Assembly (NCBI GenBank): GCA_965199905.1
Contig: OZ241366.1
Coordinates: 3,242,981 to 3,306,980 of the forward strand
Direction of reading: 5' to 3'
Length of the DNA: 64,000 nucleotides
Origin: Ilyomonas sp.
GTDB lineage: Bacteria; Bacteroidota; Bacteroidia; Chitinophagales; Chitinophagaceae
In this document: positions 30,525-40,552 of the stretch, in pieces
How the letters are laid out: the number at the start of each line of letters is the position of its first letter
Position numbering within the stretch: position 1 is the stretch's first letter
Program-made: the position numbers and the translations under genes
The notes under the pieces: generated by a model
Told to the model about the DNA's origin: nothing
Seen by the model: the letters and a program-made list of their open reading frames with translations, nothing else
Database searches by the model: none

Positions 30525-31916
30525 ATGTTCATAGAAACAACACCAACATCTTCTGCACAAGCTGCTAAAGGCGGCAGTTCTTTATTCGGCATTTCATTGA
30601 TTGCAGCGTTAGCCGGTTTTATTTTCGGCTTCGATACCGTGGTGATTTCCGGTGCCGACAAACCGATACAAGCCTTATGGCATACGTCTCCGTGGTTTCA
30701 TGGTTTTTTCATTATGTCGATGGCATTGTGGGGAACTGTGGTTGGGGCGTTGTTTGGCGGTATTCCCACGCAGAAATACGGGCGAAAAAAAGTGCTGATC
30801 TGGATCGGTATTTTCTTTACGGTTTCCTCGCTTGGTTCTGCCTTTGCCACTGATCCGTACGTGTTTTCATTTTTCCGTTTTATTGGTGGTTTGGGCATTG
30901 GTGTATCATCGGTAGCGGCACCTACTTATGTATCGGAAATTTCGACACCGGCTTCGCGTGGCAGGCTGGTAGCTATGTACCAGTTTAATATTGTGTTTGC
31001 TATTCTCGTGGCTTACATCTCCAACTATCTTTTAAAAGGTGTAGGCGGCGAAAATGACTGGCGTTATATGCTGGGTGTGATGGCGATTCCTTCTCTCATT
31101 TATTCCATACTTGTTTTTAGCATTCCCGAAAGCCCGCGCTGGCTGATAACGCAAGGCAGGGAAGCAGAAGCGAAGACTATACTGAACAAGCTGGGCTTTG
31201 CAAATGCCGATGCCGAAATTACGTCTGTAAAAGCAGGCGTGCAGCACGAAGACAGCGGCAGCAAAACCGAATCTTTCTTTAGTGCCAAACATAAAACGGT
31301 GCTGTGGCTTGCCTTCTTTGTTGCCTTCTTTAACCAGATGTCCGGCATCAATTTCATTCTGTACTATGCGCCGCGCATTTTGGAAAGCGCAGGCCTGGCT
31401 ACTTCAGATTCGTTAATGAGTTCTATTATCATCGGAGCTACCAACCTGGTGTTTACTTTTGCAGGCTTGTACTTAATAGATCGCGTGGGAAGAAAAACGC
31501 TATTGCTGATTGGTTCCATTGGTTATATCATCAGCTTAAGTGCAGTTGCCTGGTGCTTTTACAGCCATGCCAGCGATTGGCTGTTTACGCTTTTCCTGGC
31601 TATGTTTATTGCTTCTCATGCTATTGGACAGGGTGCTGTTATCTGGGTATTTATTTCCGAAATTTTTCCTAACAAAATACGCGCGCTGGGTCAGTCGTTT
31701 GGTGCGGGCACGCACTGGGTTTTTGCGGCGCTCATTACTTTGTTTACACCTACATTTATTGATAGTGAAAAGGGAGTTTTTAAAGATGAGCCTTATTATA
31801 TCTTTATCTTCTTCGCCTTTATGATGGTGCTGCAATTGATTTGGGTAGTAACGAAAGTGCCTGAAACAAAAGGCAAATCGCTGGAGCAAATACAGAGCGA
31901 GTTGGGAATGGGATGA
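30525..31916 (+). CDS. Sugar porter family MFS transporter
   Basis: GFIFGFDTVVISG, YVSEIS..RG, PESPRWL, IDRVGRK, WVFISEIFP, PETKGKSLE. Confidence 0.95.
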   Translation: MFIETTPTSSAQAAKGGSSLFGISLIAALAGFIFGFDTVVISGADKPIQALWHTSPWFHGFFIMSMALWGTVVGALFGGIPTQKYGRKKVLIWIGIFFTVSSLGSAFATDPYVFSFFRFIGGLGIGVSSVAAPTYVSEISTPASRGRLVAMYQFNIVFAILVAYISNYLLKGVGGENDWRYMLGVMAIPSLIYSILVFSIPESPRWLITQGREAEAKTILNKLGFANADAEITSVKAGVQHEDSGSKTESFFSAKHKTVLWLAFFVAFFNQMSGINFILYYAPRILESAGLATSDSLMSSIIIGATNLVFTFAGLYLIDRVGRKTLLLIGSIGYIISLSAVAWCFYSHASDWLFTLFLAMFIASHAIGQGAVIWVFISEIFPNKIRALGQSFGAGTHWVFAALITLFTPTFIDSEKGVFKDEPYYIFIFFAFMMVLQLIWVVTKVPETKGKSLEQIQSELGMG

Positions 31917-31984
31917 TGGGGATTGAATAAGTAAGGTTTAATATTTTCCGAAAGCAATAATCTTTTTAATAGTGAATCTTTTAA

Positions 31985-32098
31985 GAAATGGCTGTTCCTT
32001 ATTCGCTTCGATAAAAGCCACATCATTGCCCGGAACAATGATCCGCCGCGGCGGACGCAACGGTCGATCACAAAAGAGACAGACGATGGTTACCAAAA
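31985..32098 (-). repeat. Modular dispersed intergenic element, copy C
   Basis: Reverse complement: TTTTGGTAACCATCGTCTGTCTCTTTTGTGATCGACCGTTG + palindrome TCCGCCGCGGCGGA + GTTCCGGGCAATGA + GAAGCGAATAAGGAACAGCCATTTC. Confidence 0.88.
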
Positions 32099-32248
32099 TC
32101 TGTATTTTATAAATTGCTAAGCACTTCTTTTGAAGAATATTAATATTTAATCTTACTTATTACGTTGCTCTGACATTATCTTAATATTAATTCTGGCTCT
32201 TTATCGGCTGACAAGAGCACCATCTCTATTTTTGCATAAATTCACTCT

Positions 32249-32896
32249 ATGGCGTTAAATACGTTTGGTAAATTGTTCATGCCGAAAAACAAAATTTTTT
32301 ATGAACTGTTTGAACAGGTAGGAACAACGGTACAAAGCATGGCAAATCTGCTGAAGCAAATGGTGTACGAGCCGGATAAAAAACAACGCACGCAGCTCAT
32401 CTCGCAGCTTGAAGATATGGAGCATCGCAACGACGACACCACACACCGCATCTTTACTGAACTAAGCCGCAACTTTATAACGCCATTTGACCGCGAAGAC
32501 ATTCACTCGCTTACTTCGGCGCTCGATGATATATGCGATTATATTTATGGCTCTGCCAAAAAAATCAATTTCTACCACGTAAATCCCGATGATACCGGCA
32601 TCCGCAAGATGGCCGAGTTGATTGTAGATTCCTGTTCAGAAATTAAAATTGCAGTGAACGAGCTGCGCGATATGAAGAACCTGCGCCGCATGACGGAAGC
32701 TATGGTTCGCGTAAACAGCATTGAGAACCAGGCAGACGATATTTACGACCTGAACCTGGAGCACCTTTTCGAGCACGAAAACGACATGAAAGCGTTTATC
32801 AAGAAAAGGGAAATTTACCAGGCAATGGAAATCGTAACTGACAAATGCGAGGACGCTGCCAACGTAATTGAATCTATTATTGTTAAGTACGCATAG
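32249..32896 (+). CDS. DUF47 family phosphate transport regulator
   Basis: EHRNDD...FITPFDREDIHSLTSALDDICD; ENQADDIY; TDKCEDAAN. Confidence 0.93.
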   Translation: MALNTFGKLFMPKNKIFYELFEQVGTTVQSMANLLKQMVYEPDKKQRTQLISQLEDMEHRNDDTTHRIFTELSRNFITPFDREDIHSLTSALDDICDYIYGSAKKINFYHVNPDDTGIRKMAELIVDSCSEIKIAVNELRDMKNLRRMTEAMVRVNSIENQADDIYDLNLEHLFEHENDMKAFIKKREIYQAMEIVTDKCEDAANVIESIIVKYA

Positions 32897-32929
32897 TATC
32901 ATTTATAACACTTACTGCTAACTACACGC

Positions 32930-33937
32930 ATGAGTTTACTCATAGTCATTATAGCCCTGGCCATCATCTTTGATTATATCAATGGCTTTCACGATGCGGC
33001 AAATTCTATTGCCACCATCGTATCTACCAAAGTGCTTACACCTTTCCAGGCAGTGCTGTGGGCCGCGTTCTGGAACTTCGTTGCCTTCTTTGTTTTTAAA
33101 GAACACAAGGTTGCCAACACAGTTGCAAAAACCATTTATCCCGAATATGTTGACCTGGTTGTAATTCTCGCTGGCTTGATTGCCGCCATCATCTGGAATC
33201 TTTTTACGTGGTGGTTTGGCATTCCATCCAGTTCATCACACACATTGATTGGTGGTTTTATAGGTGCAGCGGTTGCCAAAGTGGGTTCCTTTAGTGTTGT
33301 AGTAATGGCAAACCTTACCAAGACTGTTCTGTTCATTTTCCTCTCACCACTCATCGGTATGATACTCGCTTTTTTTATCACGGTTGCCATTGTCTGGATC
33401 AGCCGAAAATCGCGGCCGTATAAAACGGAGCGATGGTTTAAACGGTTGCAGCTTGTATCATCCGCCGCGTTCAGTTTAGGTCATGGCGGCAACGACGCGC
33501 AGAAAGTAATGGGACTGATTACGGTGGCTATTGTCTATCATCAAACCAATGGTCATGTTCCTGATAACGTAGTAGAGCAAATGCCTTTTTGGGTGCCGCT
33601 TGCCTGTTATTCCGCCATTGGTTTAGGCACCATGAGCGGCGGCTGGCGCATTGTAAAAACCATGGGTACACGCATTACTAAAGTTACTCCGCTTGAAGGC
33701 GTAGCGGCGGAAACGGCGGCTGCCAGCACATTGATACTCACCGAAGGCCTTGGCATTCCTGTCAGCACCACGCATACTATCACCGGTTCTATCATTGGCG
33801 TTGGCGCCACCAAGCGTTTGTCTGCCGTTCGCTGGGGCGTTACCATTAACCTGATCTGGGCCTGGGTGCTTACCATTCCGGTTAGCGCTTTGTTGGCCGC
33901 CGGCATTTATTTTTTGTTGAATCTTTTTATAAAGTAA
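32930..33937 (+). CDS. Inorganic phosphate transporter (PiT family)
   Basis: GFHDAANSIAT, GIPSSSSH, HGGNDAQK, GIPVSTTH signatures. Confidence 0.95.
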   Translation: MSLLIVIIALAIIFDYINGFHDAANSIATIVSTKVLTPFQAVLWAAFWNFVAFFVFKEHKVANTVAKTIYPEYVDLVVILAGLIAAIIWNLFTWWFGIPSSSSHTLIGGFIGAAVAKVGSFSVVVMANLTKTVLFIFLSPLIGMILAFFITVAIVWISRKSRPYKTERWFKRLQLVSSAAFSLGHGGNDAQKVMGLITVAIVYHQTNGHVPDNVVEQMPFWVPLACYSAIGLGTMSGGWRIVKTMGTRITKVTPLEGVAAETAAASTLILTEGLGIPVSTTHTITGSIIGVGATKRLSAVRWGVTINLIWAWVLTIPVSALLAAGIYFLLNLFIK

Positions 33938-33952
33938 AAAAAAGAATACAGT

Positions 33953-34026
33953 TTTTGGTAACCATCGTCTGTCGCTTTTGTGATCGGCAGTTGTCCGCCG
34001 CGGCGGATCAAAGTTCGGACTAATGA
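33953..34026 (+). repeat. Modular dispersed intergenic element, copy D (3' tail missing)
   Basis: TTTTGGTAACCATCGTCTGTCGCTTTTGTGATCGGCAGTTG + TCCGCCGCGGCGGA + GTTCGGACATAATGA. Confidence 0.85.
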
Positions 34027-34046
34027 CGGAGCAGTATGAAAATGCG

Positions 34047-34862
34047 TTATCCTTCCCTATTTTCCTGAATCAATTTCTTTACCCAATCAACCAGTTCAGC
34101 GCCTCCTTCCATAATAAACTCCTGCCCCTGTGCCGCACTTTGAAAATGTGTTTCTCGAAAAGAAGCCGGGCGATGATACGACATTGGTTGTTTGAAAAAA
34201 GTGTACGGTTTCCATTTACTTCTTGTCATTCCTTCTGCGGTTAATACAAGGTCGGCGTTATAAGTAAAACAACCGGAACCTGAAACCGAGTTGTTTAAAG
34301 AGAATGTATTGCCGGCCACATAAATACTATTGTTCTTTACATCTGTAAAGCTGCCATTTAAATGAGCATGATGACGTGAATAAGCAGGAACGTTTTCACT
34401 GCAGTGATATACAGCACCTATCTGCAAATAACCATAGATGATATGAAGATAAGGCGCACCTTTTTTATACTGTAACTCACCTTTATTATCATATTCCGTT
34501 TCTTTAAACCAGCCGAAGAATAAAAAAATATCTTCCTTCTTTACTTCATACTTCTTCGGCACAGTTAGCGCCGCATCGCATTGCCCGAAAATAGAAACAC
34601 GTTCCTGTGGATGCGGCGAGCTTATATTCTTTCTTATATCAGGATCTAAATGACAAGTATCATTCGCTTGAATAGTCGTGCTCGGCTTTAGTTCTTTAAT
34701 GGTTTCGAAGTATGATTTGCCGTTATAAAAAATCTCATTAAATGTTGTTATATCATTCTTCCGCGGGATGGGCAAAGAAAGCAGGGTGCCGTCCGGCAAT
34801 ACCGGGCTTGGCTGCTTACCAAACTTTGAATCAAACCCTTTGCGGCTAAAGATGATTTTCAT
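34047..34862 (-). CDS. Nmad3-like (nucleotide modification associated domain 3) protein
   Basis: MKIIFSRKGFDSKFGKQPSPVLPDGTLLSLPIP, CHLDPDI, FGQ, DIFLFFGWF, HIIYGYLQIG, GQEF patterns recalled for this family. Confidence 0.75.
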   Translation of the reverse strand: MKIIFSRKGFDSKFGKQPSPVLPDGTLLSLPIPRKNDITTFNEIFYNGKSYFETIKELKPSTTIQANDTCHLDPDIRKNISSPHPQERVSIFGQCDAALTVPKKYEVKKEDIFLFFGWFKETEYDNKGELQYKKGAPYLHIIYGYLQIGAVYHCSENVPAYSRHHAHLNGSFTDVKNNSIYVAGNTFSLNNSVSGSGCFTYNADLVLTAEGMTRSKWKPYTFFKQPMSYHRPASFRETHFQSAAQGQEFIMEGGAELVDWVKKLIQENREG

Positions 34863-34936
34863 CGGCTTGCGGTACTATAAATATTGACAAGATTTTTCTG
34901 AAGAAATGGCTTTTCGAGAGGTCTTTCAGCATTAAT

Positions 34937-36229
34937 CTACTTCTTCAATACTTTCTTCGCTACCTCCAAACCCTGCACCAGCGCGGCTTCCACCGTTCCA
35001 CCGGAAGCGCCGGAATACAAACCCTCGCCAGCAAAATAAATAGTATCAGCAATGGGCTCTCTCAAAATTTTTTTCGCTTCTTCCGAACCAGTCATGCTGT
35101 AAGAATATGCCCCTTTTGCATACACATCTTTTCTCCAGTTTACTATGTGCGAAGCGGTCAGTATTTGCTTTATTTCATCTAATGATTTTCCGAAAATACC
35201 GGCTATAGATTGTAGCGATACCTGCAGCATTTCTTCATCACTCATCTCATCGAAAGAGGCTGTTCTTTTACCTGCTATCCAACCTGTCAACATCGGGTAA
35301 GGTGATGGTTTTTGTGTCCACCACGTAGTTACTATTTGATCAGAAAAAAAGAACAAAGCCTCTTTCTGTTTCTGCCAGAAAAGATGAGAAAATTGAAGCA
35401 ATATTTTAATCACATTTCCATAACCTATATTATTGATCGCTTCCTGTAGTTGCGGCAAAGCAGGCGAAAAAAGAATGGAACTTTTTTCATCATTTTCCTG
35501 CAATACACCTAACGGAACGGTCATAATAATTTGCTTTGCAGAAAATGCTTCGCCGGCTGCTGTTGTTACAGTCACTTCTCCTTTCTGCCAGCTTACTTCC
35601 CTCACCGTTTTATTCAGCAAAATGAGGCAATCATTTTCTAAACAGGAAGAGACCAATGCATCAACCATCCGAACATAACCGCCAGCAATATGATACGTGA
35701 CTTCTTCTTCGTTCTGCCATTCATTGCGAAGCGCAAACACACTTGCTTTGTCGGGATCAACGGCATCGAAACCCTGTGCATATTGCAAAGCCTGCCCGCG
35801 CAAAGCGCTGTGTTTTTCTTCGCTAAAATGTTGGTTTAAAAACTGCGAAAGCGTTGTGTCATCTTTCAGTTTGTTCATCTTCTTCATCAGCACATTCCAG
35901 CCCTCAATCTGCTCTTCTTCTTCGCGCCATTCGCCGCTTTTGTTCCTCATCATGTCACCTTCTGTTTCGATGTAAGTGATGCCGGCTTTTTTCAAAAGCT
36001 TAAACGTTACCGGCAGGTTGCCGTGAATAAATTCAGGACCCGTTTCCACGGCCTGTAAAAAGCCATCGCCGTTAATGGTATGGATGCGCCCGCCGGTTCT
36101 GTTGCGTGCTTCTAACACCGTTACTTTCTTTCCTTTTTGCGATAGTTCCCTGGCTGCCATCAGCCCGCAGGCGCCGGCACCAATTATTATTATGTCTGAT
36201 TTTATTATCATTGTCTGATTGGTTGTCAT
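34937..36229 (-). CDS. Flavin monoamine oxidase family protein
   Basis: IIGAGACGL, LEARNRTGGRIHT, GPEFIHG, GAYSY, IYFAGE...GTVEAAL. Confidence 0.9.
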   Translation of the reverse strand: MTTNQTMIIKSDIIIIGAGACGLMAARELSQKGKKVTVLEARNRTGGRIHTINGDGFLQAVETGPEFIHGNLPVTFKLLKKAGITYIETEGDMMRNKSGEWREEEEQIEGWNVLMKKMNKLKDDTTLSQFLNQHFSEEKHSALRGQALQYAQGFDAVDPDKASVFALRNEWQNEEEVTYHIAGGYVRMVDALVSSCLENDCLILLNKTVREVSWQKGEVTVTTAAGEAFSAKQIIMTVPLGVLQENDEKSSILFSPALPQLQEAINNIGYGNVIKILLQFSHLFWQKQKEALFFFSDQIVTTWWTQKPSPYPMLTGWIAGKRTASFDEMSDEEMLQVSLQSIAGIFGKSLDEIKQILTASHIVNWRKDVYAKGAYSYSMTGSEEAKKILREPIADTIYFAGEGLYSGASGGTVEAALVQGLEVAKKVLKK

Positions 36230-36325
36230 ATTTACTTACCCAAAGTCATTCATTTTACAGAATAAAAAAAGAAGGCTTACACCTTCTTTCCATATCATTT
36301 ATTTTAACTAATGGCTGTCCGGCAC

Positions 36326-37231
36326 TTATTCCTTTGGCCACAGGTTGTTTGGATAAGCGCCGCTGTTTACCAAGGCTTCAATATCTGCTTTTACTACCGG
36401 TGCATCTTCCTTATACGTAACGCCAAACCATTTGGCGCTGGTTGGTATCACTTCTAATTTACCCATGCCTTCTTTAATGAATTGGTCCGCCGCTTTTGGC
36501 ATTAAAAATTCAGCTTTTGGGTCGGTGCCGTTTTTACTTAAAAACTCTCCAAATAATCTTTCGCAAAGCGTAATAAAATTAGGAGCGAAGCAGAAGAAGT
36601 TCATGCTCACTTTAGTATTTTCCGTTAGGGGCACAAAGTTGCCGCCATCTTCATACACGATACCACCGTCTTTGCGGTAGATTTTCAGACGTTCATCTAT
36701 GGCAGTCAATTCACCTTTATCATTTGTGCTGATAACACCGCGGCTTACGCTGCCGTTTTCGCTCAATGTATTCGACAATTCGTAACCAAGCACAGCATAC
36801 CTGTCATCCGCTACGCGGGAAGTAAGAAAATCGTATGCTTTCCTGAACGCATCTTTGCCATAAAAGTCATCTGCATTAATAACTGCAAACGGCTCGCCCA
36901 CGGCAGCTTTGGTACACAATACCGCCTGACCGGTTCCCCAGGGCTTTACGCGGTCGGCTGGCACCTGGTAGTCGCCAACAAAAGAAGTGAGCTTTTGATA
37001 CACATATTCGGTTTCTATCTTCCCTTTCAGTTTGGGTTCGAAGATGCCCATAAACACATCAGAAAAGTCTTCGCGGATGATGAATACTACTTTCTGAAAG
37101 CCGGCTTCAATGGCATCATAGATAGAATAATCCATGATGGTTTCGCCCGAAGGACCGAACGACTGTGTTTGCTTCATACTTCCATAGCGGCTGGCCATGC
37201 CCGCTGCCAGAATAACCAAGGTTGGCTGCAT
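36326..37231 (-). CDS. Sugar-phosphate nucleotidyltransferase
   Basis: LVILAAGMASRYG, KPWGTGQA, VINADDFYG, WFGVTYKED. Confidence 0.88.
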   Translation of the reverse strand: MQPTLVILAAGMASRYGSMKQTQSFGPSGETIMDYSIYDAIEAGFQKVVFIIREDFSDVFMGIFEPKLKGKIETEYVYQKLTSFVGDYQVPADRVKPWGTGQAVLCTKAAVGEPFAVINADDFYGKDAFRKAYDFLTSRVADDRYAVLGYELSNTLSENGSVSRGVISTNDKGELTAIDERLKIYRKDGGIVYEDGGNFVPLTENTKVSMNFFCFAPNFITLCERLFGEFLSKNGTDPKAEFLMPKAADQFIKEGMGKLEVIPTSAKWFGVTYKEDAPVVKADIEALVNSGAYPNNLWPKE

Positions 37232-37305
37232 AATTGAATTTTTTTTAGAACGTTGCGAAGCTAATTCAATGCCGGATAGCGGGCAACCGTTTTTAGTAAA
37301 ATAAT

Positions 37306-38202
37306 ATGAAGGAAGAAAAGCGCATCGCGGTGCAACATATAAAAGCTGACTGGCTGAAGAAACGGAAGATACATTTAGATGTACTGCGGCTTGATGAATG
37401 GCACCTTGTTGTGAGCGGGAATAAATGGTTTAAGCTGCAATATTATTTGCGGGAAGCGAAGGAAAAAGGCTTTGCTGCGGTTGCTACTTTCGGCGGTGCG
37501 TATTCCAATCATATTGTAGCCACAGCATTTGCTTGTAAGGAAGAGGGCTTGCAAAGCATTGGCATTATAAGAGGTGAGAAGCCGAAGCGGTTTTCACATA
37601 CATTATTGAATGCAGAAGCGTATGGCATGCATTTGCAGTTTGTTAGTCGTGAAGAATATAGGAAGAAAGAAGAATTGAAAGCATTATTTCCCCAAGCCTA
37701 TTGGATAAACGAAGGTGGCTATGGAGAATTGGGCGCTGCCGGTGCGGCGAATATTTTGCCCCTGGCAGATGATTGGAAAATATACACGCATATCGCTTGC
37801 GCTGTGGGAACGGGAACCACGCTGGCAGGCTTGATAACAAAGGCATTGTCAAATCAAACGATGATTGGTTTTAGTGCTTTGAAAAATAATGCCGGTTTGG
37901 AAGGAGAGGTTAGAGAGTTATTAAGTGAACCTGATGCATCAAAGCCATTCAGGATTATACACGATTATCACTTTGGCGGCTACGCCAAATACAATGCGGC
38001 ATTATTAGACTATATGAACGATGTTTGGAAGCAGCATCATTTGCCGCTGGATTTTGTTTATACCGCAAAAGCGTTTTATGGCTTGCAGGATATGATTGAA
38101 AAGGAAGATGTTTTTACGATTGGAAGCCGCATTTTATTTATTCATACAGGAGGTTTGCAGGGAAATGAATCGCTGGGAAATCAGGTATTGACTTTTTCAT
38201 AA
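37306..38202 (+). CDS. ACC deaminase / D-cysteine desulfhydrase-like PLP enzyme
   Basis: SGNKWFKL, TFGGAYSNH, CAVGTGTTLAG, PLDFVYTAK, FIHTGGLQG. Confidence 0.88.
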   Translation: MKEEKRIAVQHIKADWLKKRKIHLDVLRLDEWHLVVSGNKWFKLQYYLREAKEKGFAAVATFGGAYSNHIVATAFACKEEGLQSIGIIRGEKPKRFSHTLLNAEAYGMHLQFVSREEYRKKEELKALFPQAYWINEGGYGELGAAGAANILPLADDWKIYTHIACAVGTGTTLAGLITKALSNQTMIGFSALKNNAGLEGEVRELLSEPDASKPFRIIHDYHFGGYAKYNAALLDYMNDVWKQHHLPLDFVYTAKAFYGLQDMIEKEDVFTIGSRILFIHTGGLQGNESLGNQVLTFS

Positions 38203-38239
38203 AACCCGCCACCCTATATTTGTTTTTTGTTCCCACCGG

Positions 38240-39064
38240 ATGAAAGGACTAATCAGATTTTTTATCATACTCATTATTACTATTAGCTGTTCAAACCTGT
38301 ATGCACAGCAGCAGGAAGTGAAAGCCGCATTGCCGCAGTTTGATCTTCAGATTATTGGCAAAGACAGGGTGCGCATCAGTTGGGTAAATCCATATGGTGC
38401 CGACCTGATACAAATCAATGTACAGCGTTCTTACGATAGTCTTCGCGGTTATAAAACGGTATTCTCCACGCCATCGCCGGAGCTGCCAGAGAATGGTTTC
38501 ATTGAGCCGTATTATCCCGGTGTGAAAACTTATTACCGCATCTTTTACATGCTTAGCAGCAATGCGTATTTCTTTACCAAAGTAAAAAATACATTGCCCT
38601 CGTTGCTGACTGATTCCATGGCAGCGCAATTAGCCAAAACAAATGATACAGTAACCATAAAAACGGTCGATACCATCCTGGCGCGCCTGCCTTACAGCCA
38701 GTTCTTAAAATTCAGAGATTCGGTGTTTACCAAAACAAAAGACAGTCTTTTGCTGCTTAGCAACGATACTGTTTTGTTGAAGCCATACATATACGATGGT
38801 CCATGGCGGGCGTCGGTGTATTTTTTTACCGACAGAAGTGGCGTTATCAATTTGCATTTGCCGCTGGCAAAAGAAAAAACGTATTCACTGCATGTGTTTG
38901 AAGCAGATGCAAAGACGCCTGTGTTCTCCATCAAACGCGTATTGGAACCCGACCTCATGATAGATAAAACCAATTTCCTGCATGCCGGCTGGTTTTCGTT
39001 TGAGCTGTATGAAGATGGAAAGCTAAAGGAGCGGAATAAACTATTTGTACAGAAAGAGTTTTGA
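38240..39064 (+). CDS. Hypothetical exported protein
   Basis: Signal peptide; 274 aa open frame with coding-like composition; no recognised motif. Confidence 0.7.
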   Translation: MKGLIRFFIILIITISCSNLYAQQQEVKAALPQFDLQIIGKDRVRISWVNPYGADLIQINVQRSYDSLRGYKTVFSTPSPELPENGFIEPYYPGVKTYYRIFYMLSSNAYFFTKVKNTLPSLLTDSMAAQLAKTNDTVTIKTVDTILARLPYSQFLKFRDSVFTKTKDSLLLLSNDTVLLKPYIYDGPWRASVYFFTDRSGVINLHLPLAKEKTYSLHVFEADAKTPVFSIKRVLEPDLMIDKTNFLHAGWFSFELYEDGKLKERNKLFVQKEF

Positions 39065-39065
39065 T

Positions 39066-39158
39066 TTTGCCACAAAGAACATAAAGCAATATAACGAAGA
39101 AGGTGTAGTAAAAATATTCTTACTACACCTTCTTTTCTTAGCGCCTTTGCGGCCATAA
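39066..39158. repeat. Long imperfect inverted repeat (GCCAC-family copy 2)
   Basis: TTTGCCACAAAG...GAAGGTGTAGTAA..TTACTACACCTTC...CCTTTGCGGC between convergent genes. Confidence 0.7.
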
Positions 39159-39161
39159 AGT

Positions 39162-40244
39162 TTATAAATACATATCGCCCTTACTGCGCTTTACTTCAGC
39201 TACATATTCTTTAATGGCTTGTTCTTTATTTTTTTCGCAGATGAGTAATACATCAGGCGTATCTACCACGATGAAATCATTCAAGCCTTGCAACACAACA
39301 AGCTTTTCATGTGGTGCAGCCACCATACATTTCACGGCGTCAATTACAATAACGTTGTTGGCAGAAACCGCGTTGCCGAGATAGTCTTTTTCAAGATTAT
39401 CATAAGCGCTGTTCCAGGTGCCAAGGTCGCTCCAGCCAAAAGAAGAGGGAATCACGTACACGTTATACGCATGCTCCATAATAGCATAGTCGATAGAAAT
39501 ATTGGTGCAAAGTGAATAGATGCGTTCCACAGCATCTTTTTCGCTTGAGGTATTAAAATGATCTGCTTCCACAGCAAACACTTCATACATTTCCGGCTGG
39601 TATCTTTCAAACGCATCCAGAATATCCTGCACGCGCCAGATGAAAATGCCGCCGTTCCAAAGAAAGTCACCGCTTTCAAAAAAGGTTTTGGCAAGCTCCA
39701 GGTCGGGCTTTTCGGTAAAAGTTTTTACCTTATAAACATTCGTTGCGGCTTCTTCTGTTTCGTGCTGAATATAACCATAACCAGTATTTGGATACGTTGG
39801 CTTAATGCCGAGTGTAACGAATGCTTTTTTCTCTTCCGCAAATGCTAACGCCTCGTTTGAAATCTTTATAAATTCTTCCACATCAATTATCATGTGGTCG
39901 CTTGGGGCGATGATTAGCGTGGCATCGGGGTCTTTTTGCTTCAATTTAAAGGAAACGTAGGCAATGCACGGCGCTGTGTTTTTGCGGCTCGGCTCGGCTA
40001 CAATATTCTGTACCGGTATATTCGGCAATTGCTCTGCCACGAGGTCGGCGTATTCGGCCGATGTTACCACATAAATATTTTCGGTGGGAATAAAACGGCT
40101 GTAGCGCTCAAATGTCCACTGGATAAGGGTTTTGCCGGTGTTTAAAATGTCAAGGAATTGCTTGGGGCGACCAATGCGGCTTTGGGGCCAAAAGCGGCTG
40201 CCGATACCACCCGCCATAATGGCGACGTAATGATTTTTATTCAT
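39162..40244 (-). CDS. Mannose-1-phosphate guanylyltransferase
   Basis: AIMAGGIGSRFWP..PKQFL, EPSRKNTAP, PSDH, GYGYI, FTEKP, WNGGIF, WSDLGTW. Confidence 0.95.
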   Translation of the reverse strand: MNKNHYVAIMAGGIGSRFWPQSRIGRPKQFLDILNTGKTLIQWTFERYSRFIPTENIYVVTSAEYADLVAEQLPNIPVQNIVAEPSRKNTAPCIAYVSFKLKQKDPDATLIIAPSDHMIIDVEEFIKISNEALAFAEEKKAFVTLGIKPTYPNTGYGYIQHETEEAATNVYKVKTFTEKPDLELAKTFFESGDFLWNGGIFIWRVQDILDAFERYQPEMYEVFAVEADHFNTSSEKDAVERIYSLCTNISIDYAIMEHAYNVYVIPSSFGWSDLGTWNSAYDNLEKDYLGNAVSANNVIVIDAVKCMVAAPHEKLVVLQGLNDFIVVDTPDVLLICEKNKEQAIKEYVAEVKRSKGDMYL

Positions 40245-40552
40245 GCTGTTGTTTTGCGATAGTGGATTTACCTGTTAATGATAATCCGCGCTACCGTTAA
40301 TCAATAATTGTGCTTTACTCTGCCAGATGTACAAATCAACTCTTGTTTTCAGGTTTTATTAATATGGCAGGTTATAAAAGTTGTTTTATAAAGTCTGTTT
40401 GCAAAACCTATTTTATGCGTTCAACCTTATGTCCTTAGCAATTCATCCAGGATTGGGACTATACAACCTTATTACCTTATTTTTACGGAGGGAAATAAGG
40501 TTTCTCTGCGGAACTTAGTTTGCTATCTGAAAGATGATAATCGTCATCCATC

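Noticed and set aside
34895-34915. GAAGAAATGGCTTTT matching the tail of the modular element
   Set aside because: Only about 15 nt, no arms; not counted as a sixth copy.
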